NCBI GenBank assembly: GCA_001769805.1
Contig: MEPO01000011.1
Location: forward strand, 41,623-105,622
Reading direction: 5' to 3'
Length of the DNA: 64,000 bases
DNA from: Bdellovibrionales bacterium GWA1_52_35
GTDB taxonomy: Bacteria > Bdellovibrionota > UBA1018
Each line of letters starts with the position of its first letter. Position 1 is the first letter of the stretch. Below, one piece after another: positions 29,719 through 39,382 of this stretch. A model generated the notes under the pieces. The model saw only the letters and a program-made list of their open reading frames with translations, did no database searches and was not told where the DNA came from. Position numbers and translations under genes: made by a program.

Positions 29719-30771
29719 ATGATCAAAACTTTGGGTTATGCAGCCATGAATTCAAAATCTCCCCTGGCTCCCTTTCAATTTGAAAGAAGAGAAATCGGAG
29801 CGACGGATGTTCAAATTGATATTCTGTATTGCGGTGTCTGCCATTCCGATATTCATCAGGTACGGGATGAGTGGGGCGGTTCGATTTTCCCGATGGTGCC
29901 CGGGCATGAAATTGTCGGAAAAGTCCTGAAAGTGGGTCCTAAGGTAACGCGGTTCAAGCCAGGGGATCTGGCTGGAGTGGGATGTCTCGTTGATTCGTGC
30001 CGGACCTGCGATAATTGCAAAGATGGGCTTGAGCAGTTCTGCCTGAATGGCTGGGTTGGGACCTACAATAGCGTTGAGAAAGACGGGGCTCCAACCTACG
30101 GCGGCTACTCCAAAACAGTTGTCGTCAAAGAAGATTTCACTCTGAAGATTTCGCCCAAAATGGATCTGGCCAGGACCGCCCCCCTTCTCTGCGCGGGCAT
30201 CACCACCTATTCGCCTCTTCGCCATTGGAAAGTACAGGCTGGTCAACGCGTCGGAGTCGTCGGCTTAGGCGGTCTAGGACATATGGGAGTCAAGTTCGCG
30301 AAGTCTTTCGGAGCCAATGTCACTGTTTTCACCACCTCGAGTGCGAAGAAGGCGGATGCGCTGAAGCTTGGGGCGCACGAGGTGATTGTCACTACGGGAC
30401 CAGAGGCGCAAAAAGAGTTTGCCTCTCACTCCGGAGCATTTGATTTTATTTTGGATACCGTGTCGGCTCCACATGACCTGAACGCGTACCTTCAGCTTCT
30501 CAAACGGGACGGGTCCATGGTCTTGGTCGGAGCGCCTCCCAAGGCGCCGGAGGTCGCGGCCTTCAGCCTCATCATGAATCGCAGACAGCTCGGCGGCTCA
30601 CTCATCGGTGGTCTTCCCGAAACGCAAGAGATGCTGGACTACTGTGCCGAGCACGGGATTGCTTCGGATGTGGAAATCATTCCCATTCAGAAAGTGAACG
30701 AAGCGTACGAGCGGATGTTGCGCGGGGACGTGAAGTACCGGTTCGTGATTGATCTGGGGTCGTTGAAGTAA
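29719..30771 (+). CDS. Zinc-dependent alcohol dehydrogenase (YahK/cinnamyl-ADH-like, NADP-type)
   Basis: Start at the ATG after the gloA stop, with GAGG upstream. Has CGVCHSD, GHEIVGKV and Rossmann GVVGLGGLGHMGVKFAK. Confidence 0.85.
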   Translation: MIKTLGYAAMNSKSPLAPFQFERREIGATDVQIDILYCGVCHSDIHQVRDEWGGSIFPMVPGHEIVGKVLKVGPKVTRFKPGDLAGVGCLVDSCRTCDNCKDGLEQFCLNGWVGTYNSVEKDGAPTYGGYSKTVVVKEDFTLKISPKMDLARTAPLLCAGITTYSPLRHWKVQAGQRVGVVGLGGLGHMGVKFAKSFGANVTVFTTSSAKKADALKLGAHEVIVTTGPEAQKEFASHSGAFDFILDTVSAPHDLNAYLQLLKRDGSMVLVGAPPKAPEVAAFSLIMNRRQLGGSLIGGLPETQEMLDYCAEHGIASDVEIIPIQKVNEAYERMLRGDVKYRFVIDLGSLK

Positions 30772-30780
30772 AGCGGAGCA

Positions 30781-32001
30781 TTAGGACTTCGCCTTTAGAT
30801 ACGCTTCCATCTTCCCCAATCCATAGGTCTGGATCGCTTGCCATTGATTGTGATGCCGGCAGAGCAGTCTCAGGTTTTCGGGGTCTTTTGAACTTCCGCC
30901 GAGTGCGTGGGGTTTGCAGTGCTCGATTTCGAGTCCAAAAGTCGAGTTGCAACGTCTTCCGGTCTCAGCGCTGATGAATGCACAGCGGCCACCGTACTGC
31001 TTCCAGATCTGGGTACGCACAGAAGCGGGGATCGCGCGCGAGGTCTGGGCGACGATTCCCCTCTCTCCCTGGCTCCCGACTGAAACCGCCGTTGCCTCCG
31101 ACGTAATAAGCGCAACGTTTTGGTCGACTTTTAGCGAGACTGAACCCGCCGCTCGATTGTCCGATTCAACTTCTGATTCATTTTCTGGTTCTTTCTTCTG
31201 TTCTTTTTGATGAGTCTTCCGCTCCCGCACGACCTTCCTCAATGGATCAATTTCATCGAGAGTCACCTCACTCATCAGCTCAACCAGTTCGGGGTAAGAC
31301 CCGGGATTCCGGAGCCTGGCGGCACTCAGATCTCTCACCCGATGAATTTTATTCAGTTGCCCGGCATCCACGATGAAGCGAATCTCTGTTCGATCTTCGG
31401 TGATGACGCGTTCTTTTTGGACCTTGAGAGCCAAAGGCGAAATGGCGGCCAGCTCCCGCGTGACCTCTCGTGAGCTCTTGTTCTCACACTGGGCAAAGAG
31501 GGCGGAAGTCTCAGACTTGGTATATGTTTTGTGAGCTTGCTCACGCTCGGCCTTCAGGAAACCCTGAATCTGGCTGACGGCCGAAACTGAAAGAACTCCG
31601 CGCTCGATCTTGCCCTGAATTTCTGGATGGGTTTTGAGTGCCCGCATGGCAGAAATCCTCCGGTAAGCCGCAGCCTCCGAGTACTTCAGCTCCTTGATCG
31701 CGTAGTCCCAAAGACTGGGGTACCCGAGCCGGGCATAGGCTCGCCGCTTTTCGATTTCCGCCAAGTGATGCAGAATTTGGATCGTAATCCGCCTTTCAGT
31801 TTCCGCCAAGTTCCGCGTTTTGGACAAGAGCTCGTCAATTGATAAGCGCGAAACCTGCCCGGGAGCGGTGGAACCTGAAAACCCCTGACTTTTATCATCC
31901 GTCGAGTGCTGCATGAGTGACTCCTTTTGACCCGTCTGGGTGCAAATCAGGCGCCCACTATCAAAAGGTGGCAAAAGGTGGGGACCACCATTTTCCGGCA
32001 C
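30781..32001 (-). CDS. DUF222 + HNH endonuclease-domain protein
   Basis: The C-terminal ..GGRCAFISAETGRRCNSTFGLEIEHCKPHALGGSSKDPENLRLLCRHHN.. carries the H-N-H and Cys4 motifs. The N-terminal part is like the DUF222 / 13E12-repeat family. Confidence 0.75.
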   Translation of the reverse strand: MPENGGPHLLPPFDSGRLICTQTGQKESLMQHSTDDKSQGFSGSTAPGQVSRLSIDELLSKTRNLAETERRITIQILHHLAEIEKRRAYARLGYPSLWDYAIKELKYSEAAAYRRISAMRALKTHPEIQGKIERGVLSVSAVSQIQGFLKAEREQAHKTYTKSETSALFAQCENKSSREVTRELAAISPLALKVQKERVITEDRTEIRFIVDAGQLNKIHRVRDLSAARLRNPGSYPELVELMSEVTLDEIDPLRKVVRERKTHQKEQKKEPENESEVESDNRAAGSVSLKVDQNVALITSEATAVSVGSQGERGIVAQTSRAIPASVRTQIWKQYGGRCAFISAETGRRCNSTFGLEIEHCKPHALGGSSKDPENLRLLCRHHNQWQAIQTYGLGKMEAYLKAKS

Positions 32002-32038
32002 TTGCCCCCCCGTAGCCTTTCAGGTAAACCCGACTTCT

Positions 32039-33088
32039 ATGACATCAACTTCAAGAAATCTCCTGGTCACAGGAGCCTGTGGTTTCATTGGCAGCAACTT
32101 CGTCAGACAGCGCGTAGCCGAAGGTCACAACGTGACCGTGCTTGATGCCCTGACCTATGCCGGACATAAGGAAAATCTCGACGGAATCTCAGGCCCGGGC
32201 TCAGTGGAACTCGTGGTTGGCAATATCTGTAACGGGCCGCTTGTCGCCGAGCTTCTCACCCGCAACAAGATCAATGGTCTGATCAACTTCGCTGCCGAAT
32301 CCCATGTCGATCGCTCGATTGATGCACCCTCAGCTTTCATCGAGACGAACATCAACGGGACCTTCACTCTTTTGAATGCTTCTTACGAGTATTGGAAGAC
32401 GCTTCCGGAGAGTGAAAAGAATCAGTTCCGCTACGTTCAAATTTCGACTGACGAAGTGTACGGATCTCTGGGCACGACCGGAAAATTCCACGAGAAGCTT
32501 CCTTACGAACCGAACTCACCCTATTCCGCCTCCAAAGCCGCCGCAGATCACCTCGTGCGCGCCTGGCATCATACCTATGGCCTGCCCACGGTGACGACCA
32601 ACTGTTCAAATAACTACGGACCCCGCCAATTCCCGGAAAAGCTGATTCCTCATATGATTTTCTGCGCTTTGAACGGCAAACCCCTTCCCGTATACGGAGA
32701 CGGCGGAAATATCCGCGATTGGATCCACGTCGAAGACCACTGCAACGGGATCTGGCTCGCCCTGACCAAAGGCAAGCCCGGCGGGACTTACTGCTTCGGC
32801 GGAAATTCCGAACGCAATAACCTCGACGTCGTCCGCAACATCTGCCGAGCGCTGGACAAGCTCAGCCCCCGCAAAGACGGCAAATCGCATGACACTTCGA
32901 TCACCTTTGTTAAAGACCGCCTCGGCCATGACAGGCGGTATGCAATCGATGATTCCCTGGCTCAGCGAGAACTCGGATTCACGCGCGTCTATAAAGATTT
33001 CGAAGCCGGATTGGGCGCCACGATTCAGTGGTATCTCGAAAATGGCGCCTGGGTGCGTGCTGTAACGGGAAAGGCGGCCACAAAATGA
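32039..33088 (+). CDS. rfbB: dTDP-glucose 4,6-dehydratase
   Basis: Start at the ATG in frame with the track ORF but downstream of the HNH start. Has [15 protein letters not shown] and ..[13 protein letters not shown]... [13 protein letters not shown] is also present. Confidence 0.9.
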   Translation: MTSTSRNLLVTGACGFIGSNFVRQRVAEGHNVTVLDALTYAGHKENLDGISGPGSVELVVGNICNGPLVAELLTRNKINGLINFAAESHVDRSIDAPSAFIETNINGTFTLLNASYEYWKTLPESEKNQFRYVQISTDEVYGSLGTTGKFHEKLPYEPNSPYSASKAAADHLVRAWHHTYGLPTVTTNCSNNYGPRQFPEKLIPHMIFCALNGKPLPVYGDGGNIRDWIHVEDHCNGIWLALTKGKPGGTYCFGGNSERNNLDVVRNICRALDKLSPRKDGKSHDTSITFVKDRLGHDRRYAIDDSLAQRELGFTRVYKDFEAGLGATIQWYLENGAWVRAVTGKAATK

Positions 33089-33969
33089 AAGGCATCATCC
33101 TCGCTGGCGGAAGTGGAACCCGGCTTTATCCTCTGACCCGGTGCTTGAGCAAACAGCTCCTGCCGGTTTATGACAAGCCGACGATTTACTATCCCCTCTC
33201 GACTTTGATGCTTTCGGGAATCCGCGAGATCCTGATCATCAGCACCCCTCGCGATCTACCCATGATTCGCGATCTTCTGGGCGATGGTAGTGAGCTGGGG
33301 CTCCGGCTCGAGTACGCCGAGCAGCCTAAACCTGCGGGCATTGCCCAGGCCTTCACTATTGGTGCGAACTTCATTGGCAAAGACGCCGTCTGTCTGATCC
33401 TCGGCGATAATATTTTCTATGGCCATGATCTGGTAACCTCGCTCGGCAGATCAGCGAAGCTGACACGTGGCGCCGAAGTGTATGCCTACCATGTGCAGGA
33501 CCCTGAACGGTATGGCGTCGTGGAATTCGATCAAAAAGGGCTGGCCATCAGTGTGGAAGAAAAGCCTAAAAAGCCGCGCTCCAACTGGGCCATTACCGGA
33601 CTTTATTTTTATGACAACGAAGTGGTCGAGATCGCAAAAAATCTGAAGCCCTCCGCCCGTGGTGAGCTGGAAATCACGGATATCAATCTCACGTACATGA
33701 AAAGAAATCAGCTCCAGGTGAAAAAAATGGGTCGAGGCGTAGCCTGGCTTGACAGCGGCACCTACGATTCATTGCTGGCCGCCTCGCAATTCGTACAAAC
33801 AATTGAGCTCAGGCAGGGCCTCAAAATCGCCTGTATTGAAGAGATCGCCTATACTCAGGGCTATATCGGGTCTGCGCAGATGGAGAAGCTTGCGGAAGTC
33901 TACAACAAGAGCTCCTACGGCGCGTACCTCAAGCAGGTTCTGCTGGAAAACCCTGATCGGCAATCATAA
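33085..33969 (+). CDS. rfbA: Glucose-1-phosphate thymidylyltransferase
   Basis: [26 protein letters not shown] and ..[17 protein letters not shown]... are present. ATGA overlap with rfbB. Confidence 0.95.
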   Translation: MKGIILAGGSGTRLYPLTRCLSKQLLPVYDKPTIYYPLSTLMLSGIREILIISTPRDLPMIRDLLGDGSELGLRLEYAEQPKPAGIAQAFTIGANFIGKDAVCLILGDNIFYGHDLVTSLGRSAKLTRGAEVYAYHVQDPERYGVVEFDQKGLAISVEEKPKKPRSNWAITGLYFYDNEVVEIAKNLKPSARGELEITDINLTYMKRNQLQVKKMGRGVAWLDSGTYDSLLAASQFVQTIELRQGLKIACIEEIAYTQGYIGSAQMEKLAEVYNKSSYGAYLKQVLLENPDRQS

Positions 33970-33972
33970 GGA

Positions 33973-34896
33973 TTGAGCGTGATGACCTTGTCTCACCTGC
34001 AGCTTCCAGGAAAAATAGTGGTCTTTGGCACCTCAGGACAGGTCGGGGGCTCTCTTTTGAAGCTACTTGGGGAAAGAGGCATCGGCCTGGATTACCCTCA
34101 AGTGGATCTCTCCAAGCCTGAATCGCTAGCCCAGCATCTGGATCGCCTTCAACCAGACGCTGTCATCAATGCGGCGGCTTACACGCAAGTCGACAAGGCC
34201 GAGACCGAAGAGAAGCTTGCATATCTGATCAATGCCGAATCGCCCGGCGCTATCGCCCGGTGGTGCGCCGAAAAGAAAATTCCTTTTATTCATTATTCCA
34301 CCGATTACGTTTTTTCTGGAGAAGGGGAGCGGGCTTGGAATGAGGAAGACGAACCGCACCCCCTGAACAAGTATGGCCTGAGCAAACTCTTGGGTGAACA
34401 GGCGATCGCAAAGGCCGGCGGACAATGGCTTTTATTCCGGACTTCATGGATCTACGGAGCAACCGGCGTCAATTTTTTTAAAACAATGTTAAAGTGCGGA
34501 GCAGAACGAGAGGACCTTCGGATCGTCAATGACCAGTACGGTTCCCCGACCTATGCCCCTGAGCTTGCCGAAGCAACACTCAAGGGCCTTCACACTGCGC
34601 TGCTACAGAAGAGTGCAGGACCAGGAAGTACTTTTCCATCCGGAATTTATCATCTGACCGGGTCAGGCGTCACAACCTGGTTTGATTTTGCGAATGCTAT
34701 TTTCGAAGAGGCCAGAGTTTTTAAAATACCGTTGAAAATCCAAAAGCTGGTACCCATAACCTCAGCGGAGTACCCTACCCCGGCCCGCCGCCCTAGAAAT
34801 TCGCGTATGAACAACGAAAAAGCCCGTGGGGTCCTCGGCGTCAGCCTGCCGCACTGGAAAACGAGTCTGATCGAGTGTATGCTGCATTTCCAATGA
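33973..34896 (+). CDS. rfbD: dTDP-4-dehydrorhamnose reductase
   Basis: IVVFGTSGQVGGSL, ..NAAAYTQVDKAE.. and ..YGLSKLLGEQA.. (YxxxK) are present. Confidence 0.85.
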   Translation: MSVMTLSHLQLPGKIVVFGTSGQVGGSLLKLLGERGIGLDYPQVDLSKPESLAQHLDRLQPDAVINAAAYTQVDKAETEEKLAYLINAESPGAIARWCAEKKIPFIHYSTDYVFSGEGERAWNEEDEPHPLNKYGLSKLLGEQAIAKAGGQWLLFRTSWIYGATGVNFFKTMLKCGAEREDLRIVNDQYGSPTYAPELAEATLKGLHTALLQKSAGPGSTFPSGIYHLTGSGVTTWFDFANAIFEEARVFKIPLKIQKLVPITSAEYPTPARRPRNSRMNNEKARGVLGVSLPHWKTSLIECMLHFQ

Positions 34897-35453
34897 AAAT
34901 CACACCTCTCAAGCCAGTCGGTCTGGCCCTGATTGAACTCTCCCTTTATGGTGACGAGCGCGGATTTTTTGTTGAAAGATTTCATGAAGAGCGCTTCCAT
35001 GATGCCGGACTTTTCGCCCATTTTGTTCAGGACAATCACTCCCGCTCCGCCCCGGGTGTTTTGCGCGGTTTGCATTATCAGGTAAGCCCCCCACAAGGGA
35101 AGCTGGTCGGTGTGGTCCGCGGCGCGATCTGGGATGTTGTGGTGGATATTCGCCCTGAATCACCCACCTTCGGACAGCACTACGGAGTCGAACTCAGTGA
35201 TATGAATGGCCGACTCCTCTGGATTCCTGCCGGTTTTGCCCATGGTTTTTGCGTTCTCGGCGAGAGCCCCGCTGATGTCCTTTATAAAACAGACGGAATT
35301 TATAACGCAAGTACGGAGGGCGGGATTACCTGGAACGATCCCGAGCTGAAACTCCCATGGCCAATTGCCAACCCCATCGTTTCCAAACGAGATCAGGAGC
35401 AACCCTCATTTTCTGAGTACCGCAAGAAGGCGCCGAAATGGGCGCTCCTTTGA
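34893..35453 (+). CDS. rfbC: dTDP-4-dehydrorhamnose 3,5-epimerase
   Basis: Start at the ATG overlapping the rfbD stop. ..DERGFF.E.F.. and ..RGLHYQ.. are present. ..LWIPAGFAHGF.. is the RmlC signature. Confidence 0.9.
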   Translation: MKITPLKPVGLALIELSLYGDERGFFVERFHEERFHDAGLFAHFVQDNHSRSAPGVLRGLHYQVSPPQGKLVGVVRGAIWDVVVDIRPESPTFGQHYGVELSDMNGRLLWIPAGFAHGFCVLGESPADVLYKTDGIYNASTEGGITWNDPELKLPWPIANPIVSKRDQEQPSFSEYRKKAPKWALL

Positions 35454-36808
35454 TCCGGCTTCTTAAGTCGAACCGACCTTTTTTTGCTCTGCTGCTCGGG
35501 ATTACCGTTTTGATCGCGCTCCGGAATCTGCCGGTTTTTCACCAGATCAGCTTCTGGGCGGAAGATGCGGACGAGTTCTTTATTGGTTCTCTGAATCTGG
35601 GGCTGAAAAGTCTGATTACTCCGATTTACGGATATCACTTTCTGCTAGGCCGCACCCTTGCTTACATAATCAGCTTGCTCCCGCTTGCTTGGGCGCCACT
35701 CCTGTATGCAGTGATTGCAATGTTTTTGAACGCATTAGTCCTCAGCTATTTTTCCCGGGAAGGTTTTGCCTGGATTATCGAATCACAGAGGGCGCGAATC
35801 CTCGTTTGTATTTTGCTCGTTTTTGCTCCGGGCTCTCCTGAGGTCTTCCTGAATCTGGTGAACTTGAGTACCCCCTTGGGATTTTTCGCGCTTTTACTGC
35901 TCCTGGAAAAGCCATTCCGTCCAAGCGCTTTGAAGATCGCGTTTTTTGGCCTGCTGGTCCTTTCCTCGGGCCAGGTTTTCCTTTTCACACCTCTGGTTGC
36001 GTATCTCTGGTTCGTCACCCGCCAAAGCCGTTATCTGTATCTACTTGGAATCATTCTGCCGGTCACGGCCATCAATTTCCTGGGTAATCACTCGATCGGG
36101 CAGAAGACAGGACTCCTCAATTACGACCACGTCTTCAGCGCCCCAAAAATAATCTGGGAACAGGGCTTTATTCGGTTTTTCTTTGCGCCTTTGCTGGGTT
36201 CCGGACTGACCGAGCACCTGATGCAAATGCCTGGACTCCTGTTCTGGCCGCTATCGATTGGAATAACCAGCCTGTTTTTCCATACTCTCGTGAAGAAGAC
36301 GATAGCCAGCCGGGAGCAGATGATCACGCTGACATTGGCTTACCTCTGTTGTGCAGCCAGCTTCGGCGTCATCGCTATTACCCGGAGCTATGCCTTCGGT
36401 CAGGTCTCCCGCGAATCGGGCTATGTTGGGTGGGATGGACGCTATGCTTTCCTGACCGGTGCACTCGCACTGGTAATCTGGTCCTCGCTCTTCAGCAAGG
36501 TCGTGAAGAGTCCATTCAGAATGGGCTCTAAAAAAAACCGCTTGGTCCAGGCGGCCTTGCTTCTGATTGTGTTTCATCACTTGGGGCACTTCAATACACG
36601 GAACATGCGCCCCGATCCCGAGTTTGACTTCAAAGCGGCGCAGCTCGAAGCCGCTATTTATACGGTCAAGCAGCGCTCGACAACTTTGACTTTGACGACA
36701 GATCCGTTCCTGGTTGGACCAGAATACTACCACCACAGTCAAATGACGGTCTTGGTCCATCCCGATGGGTCCATTACGTCCACAGGCAAGAATGATCCGC
36801 CGCGTTAA
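35438..36808 (+). CDS. Polytopic membrane protein (456 aa; candidate GT-C-fold glycosyltransferase)
   Basis: About 11 hydrophobic segments, a soluble tail of about 90 aa and a periplasmic-loop WAEDADEFF near TM1. Confidence 0.45.
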   Translation: MGAPLIRLLKSNRPFFALLLGITVLIALRNLPVFHQISFWAEDADEFFIGSLNLGLKSLITPIYGYHFLLGRTLAYIISLLPLAWAPLLYAVIAMFLNALVLSYFSREGFAWIIESQRARILVCILLVFAPGSPEVFLNLVNLSTPLGFFALLLLLEKPFRPSALKIAFFGLLVLSSGQVFLFTPLVAYLWFVTRQSRYLYLLGIILPVTAINFLGNHSIGQKTGLLNYDHVFSAPKIIWEQGFIRFFFAPLLGSGLTEHLMQMPGLLFWPLSIGITSLFFHTLVKKTIASREQMITLTLAYLCCAASFGVIAITRSYAFGQVSRESGYVGWDGRYAFLTGALALVIWSSLFSKVVKSPFRMGSKKNRLVQAALLLIVFHHLGHFNTRNMRPDPEFDFKAAQLEAAIYTVKQRSTTLTLTTDPFLVGPEYYHHSQMTVLVHPDGSITSTGKNDPPR

Positions 36809-37152
<344 letters not shown>

Positions 37153-38403
37153 ATGTATCAGGAAATAAATAAATGCAGAATCTGCGGCAACACGGAACTC
37201 ATTCCGGTTCTGAATCTCGGAAGTCAGGCTTTGACTGGCATTTTCCCGGAAACCAAAGAGCGCTCGGTAGGAACAATGCCGCTTGTGCTCGTCAAATGCC
37301 TGGACAAGGATCACGCGGACCGCTGCGGGCTTTTGCAGCTAAAGCATACCGGTAATCTCACTGAACTTTACGGCAAGGATTACGGCTACCGTTCTGGTCT
37401 GAACCGCTCGATGGTTCTCCACCTGCATGGTAAGGTGAAAAAAATCCTCGCTCAGACCCGCCTTACGAAAGACGATCTGGTCATCGACATTGGAAGCAAT
37501 GACAGCTCCCTTCTTCAGGCTTATCCGAACGAAGGCCTTAACCTCGTCGGGATTGATCCTACAGGCGTGAAGTTCAGCAAATATTATCCCGCTCATATCC
37601 AGCTTATCCCGGATTTTTTCTCAGCCGCCAAGGTTCAGGAAACTTTTGGAAACCGTAAAGCCAAAATCGTCACTTCCTGCTCGATGTTCTATGACCTGGA
37701 AGATCCGATGGCCTTCATGCAGCAAGTTCACGACGTCCTGGACGAACAGGGAGTTTGGGTCTTTGAACAGAGCTACATGCCGACGATGCTCGAACGCAAC
37801 TCGTACGATACCGTCTGCCATGAGCACCTCGAATATTACGCTCTGAAGCAGATTCAGTGGATGGCAGAGCGCGTGGGGCTCAAAATCCTGGATGTCGAAT
37901 TCAACGACATCAATGGCGGCAGTTTCTCGGTTACGGTTGCGAAGAAGGGTTCGGCCACCCAGCCCAACTCCGCCCGGATCAAGCAGATCCTGCAGCAGGA
38001 GCACGAGCTGGGCCTGCACACCCTGAAGCCTTACGAGGAATTCAAGACCCGCGCTTACAAACAACGTGATGAACTTCTGGCTTTTATCCGAAAGGCCAGT
38101 GCCGAGGGTAAAACTGTCTTCGGCTACGGCGCCTCAACCAAAGGTAATGTGCTTCTTCAGTTCTGCGGTCTTTCGGAAAAGGACCTTCCCTGTATCGCTG
38201 AAGTGAATCCGGATAAGTTCGGCTGTTTCACGCCGGGCACCCTGATTCCCATCACCTCCGAGCAGGAAGCCAAGAAAATGAATCCCGATTACTTTCTGGT
38301 CCTGCCGTGGCATTTCCGGGACAATATTCTGGCTCGTGAACAGGAATACCGCAACAATGGCGGTCAGTTTCTTTTCCCCCTGCCGCACGTCGAAGCCGTT
38401 TAA
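37153..38403 (+). CDS. NDP-hexose C-methyltransferase (TylCIII/EvaC-like: Zn-ribbon, SAM-MTase and C-terminal C-methyltransferase domain)
   Basis: Has an N-terminal CRICGN..(x)..C..C zinc-ribbon, a central VIDIGSNDSSLL..LVGIDP SAM fold and a C-terminal ..VFGYGASTKGNVLLQF... (Methyltransf_14-like). 416 aa. Confidence 0.75.
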   Translation: MYQEINKCRICGNTELIPVLNLGSQALTGIFPETKERSVGTMPLVLVKCLDKDHADRCGLLQLKHTGNLTELYGKDYGYRSGLNRSMVLHLHGKVKKILAQTRLTKDDLVIDIGSNDSSLLQAYPNEGLNLVGIDPTGVKFSKYYPAHIQLIPDFFSAAKVQETFGNRKAKIVTSCSMFYDLEDPMAFMQQVHDVLDEQGVWVFEQSYMPTMLERNSYDTVCHEHLEYYALKQIQWMAERVGLKILDVEFNDINGGSFSVTVAKKGSATQPNSARIKQILQQEHELGLHTLKPYEEFKTRAYKQRDELLAFIRKASAEGKTVFGYGASTKGNVLLQFCGLSEKDLPCIAEVNPDKFGCFTPGTLIPITSEQEAKKMNPDYFLVLPWHFRDNILAREQEYRNNGGQFLFPLPHVEAV

Positions 38404-38406
38404 GTC

Positions 38407-39369
38407 ATGAGAACCGCCCTGATTACCGGCAGCCAAGGACAGGACGGCAAGCTTCTGTTCGAGCTTCTCAAGAGCAAGGGTTATGGCGTGCTTGGCCTCG
38501 ACCTGAATAAAACGGAGGCACATGGAGTTCAAATTCCACTACCTGCCTCAACTGATCTGACCATCAGCAAAGAGGTAATTGCCCTGGTTGCACAATTCCA
38601 ACCGGATGAAATCTACCACCTTGCAGCGGTACATCATTCTTCGGAGGAAAACTCCTCCGAGAATGCCTCGGCATTCCGCCGGGCTTATGAGGTCAATTTT
38701 TTTGCGCTGATTAACCTGCTTGAGGGTGTGCGCCTGCATTCACCGCAGACCCATGTTTTCTACGCTGCGTCTTCACATATTTTTGGCCATTCTGAAGCGG
38801 ATATCCAGGACGAATCCACCCCGCTCAATCCTGACTCGCCTTACGCATTTTCAAAAGTCGATGGACTTCAGGCCAGTCGACTTTACCGCAGCAAGTATGG
38901 AATTCATGCCTCAGTCGGTATTTTGTACAATCACGAATCAGAATATCGGGCTTCAAAATTTCTATCCAAAAAAATCACCTCCGCCGTCGTTAGAATTAAT
39001 AACGGAAGCAACGAGAAATTGACGCTAGGCGATCTTTCGGCGGTGATCGACTGGGGCTACGCCCGGGACTATGTGGAGGCAATGCACAGAATCAACACAC
39101 TCACGGAATCACCGGAGTCCGATGATTTCATTGTTGCTAGCGGCACGCGGCACACCGTCGAGGACTTTGTACAAACGGCCTTTCGTCATGCCGGTCTGGA
39201 TTGGCGCTCGCATGTTGTTGAAAACCCTTCTTTGCTTGGCCGCCGTAATCCGCTCCGAATTGGCAACCCTGTAAAATTAATGAAGCGGACAGGCTGGACG
39301 CCTTCCGTATCCTTCGAGCAGATGATCAAATTGCTGTTGATATCCGAAGGACTTCCAATTGATAAATGA
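38407..39369 (+). CDS. Gmd/Rmd-family short-chain dehydrogenase (GDP-4-keto-6-deoxyhexose reductase-like)
   Basis: ALITGSQGQDGKLLFELLKSKGY is Gmd-like. SPYAFSKVDG..LY is the YxxxK region. YNHESEYRASKF is present and no dehydratase-type insertion is seen. 320 aa. Confidence 0.75.
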   Translation: MRTALITGSQGQDGKLLFELLKSKGYGVLGLDLNKTEAHGVQIPLPASTDLTISKEVIALVAQFQPDEIYHLAAVHHSSEENSSENASAFRRAYEVNFFALINLLEGVRLHSPQTHVFYAASSHIFGHSEADIQDESTPLNPDSPYAFSKVDGLQASRLYRSKYGIHASVGILYNHESEYRASKFLSKKITSAVVRINNGSNEKLTLGDLSAVIDWGYARDYVEAMHRINTLTESPESDDFIVASGTRHTVEDFVQTAFRHAGLDWRSHVVENPSLLGRRNPLRIGNPVKLMKRTGWTPSVSFEQMIKLLLISEGLPIDK

Positions 39370-39382
39370 AACTGAGCGCCCT

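Noticed and set aside
37621-38064. 147-aa antisense ORF and several 60-85-aa ORFs within the C-methyltransferase gene
   Set aside because: Opposite-strand or alternative-frame to a gene with a clear domain architecture; no support.
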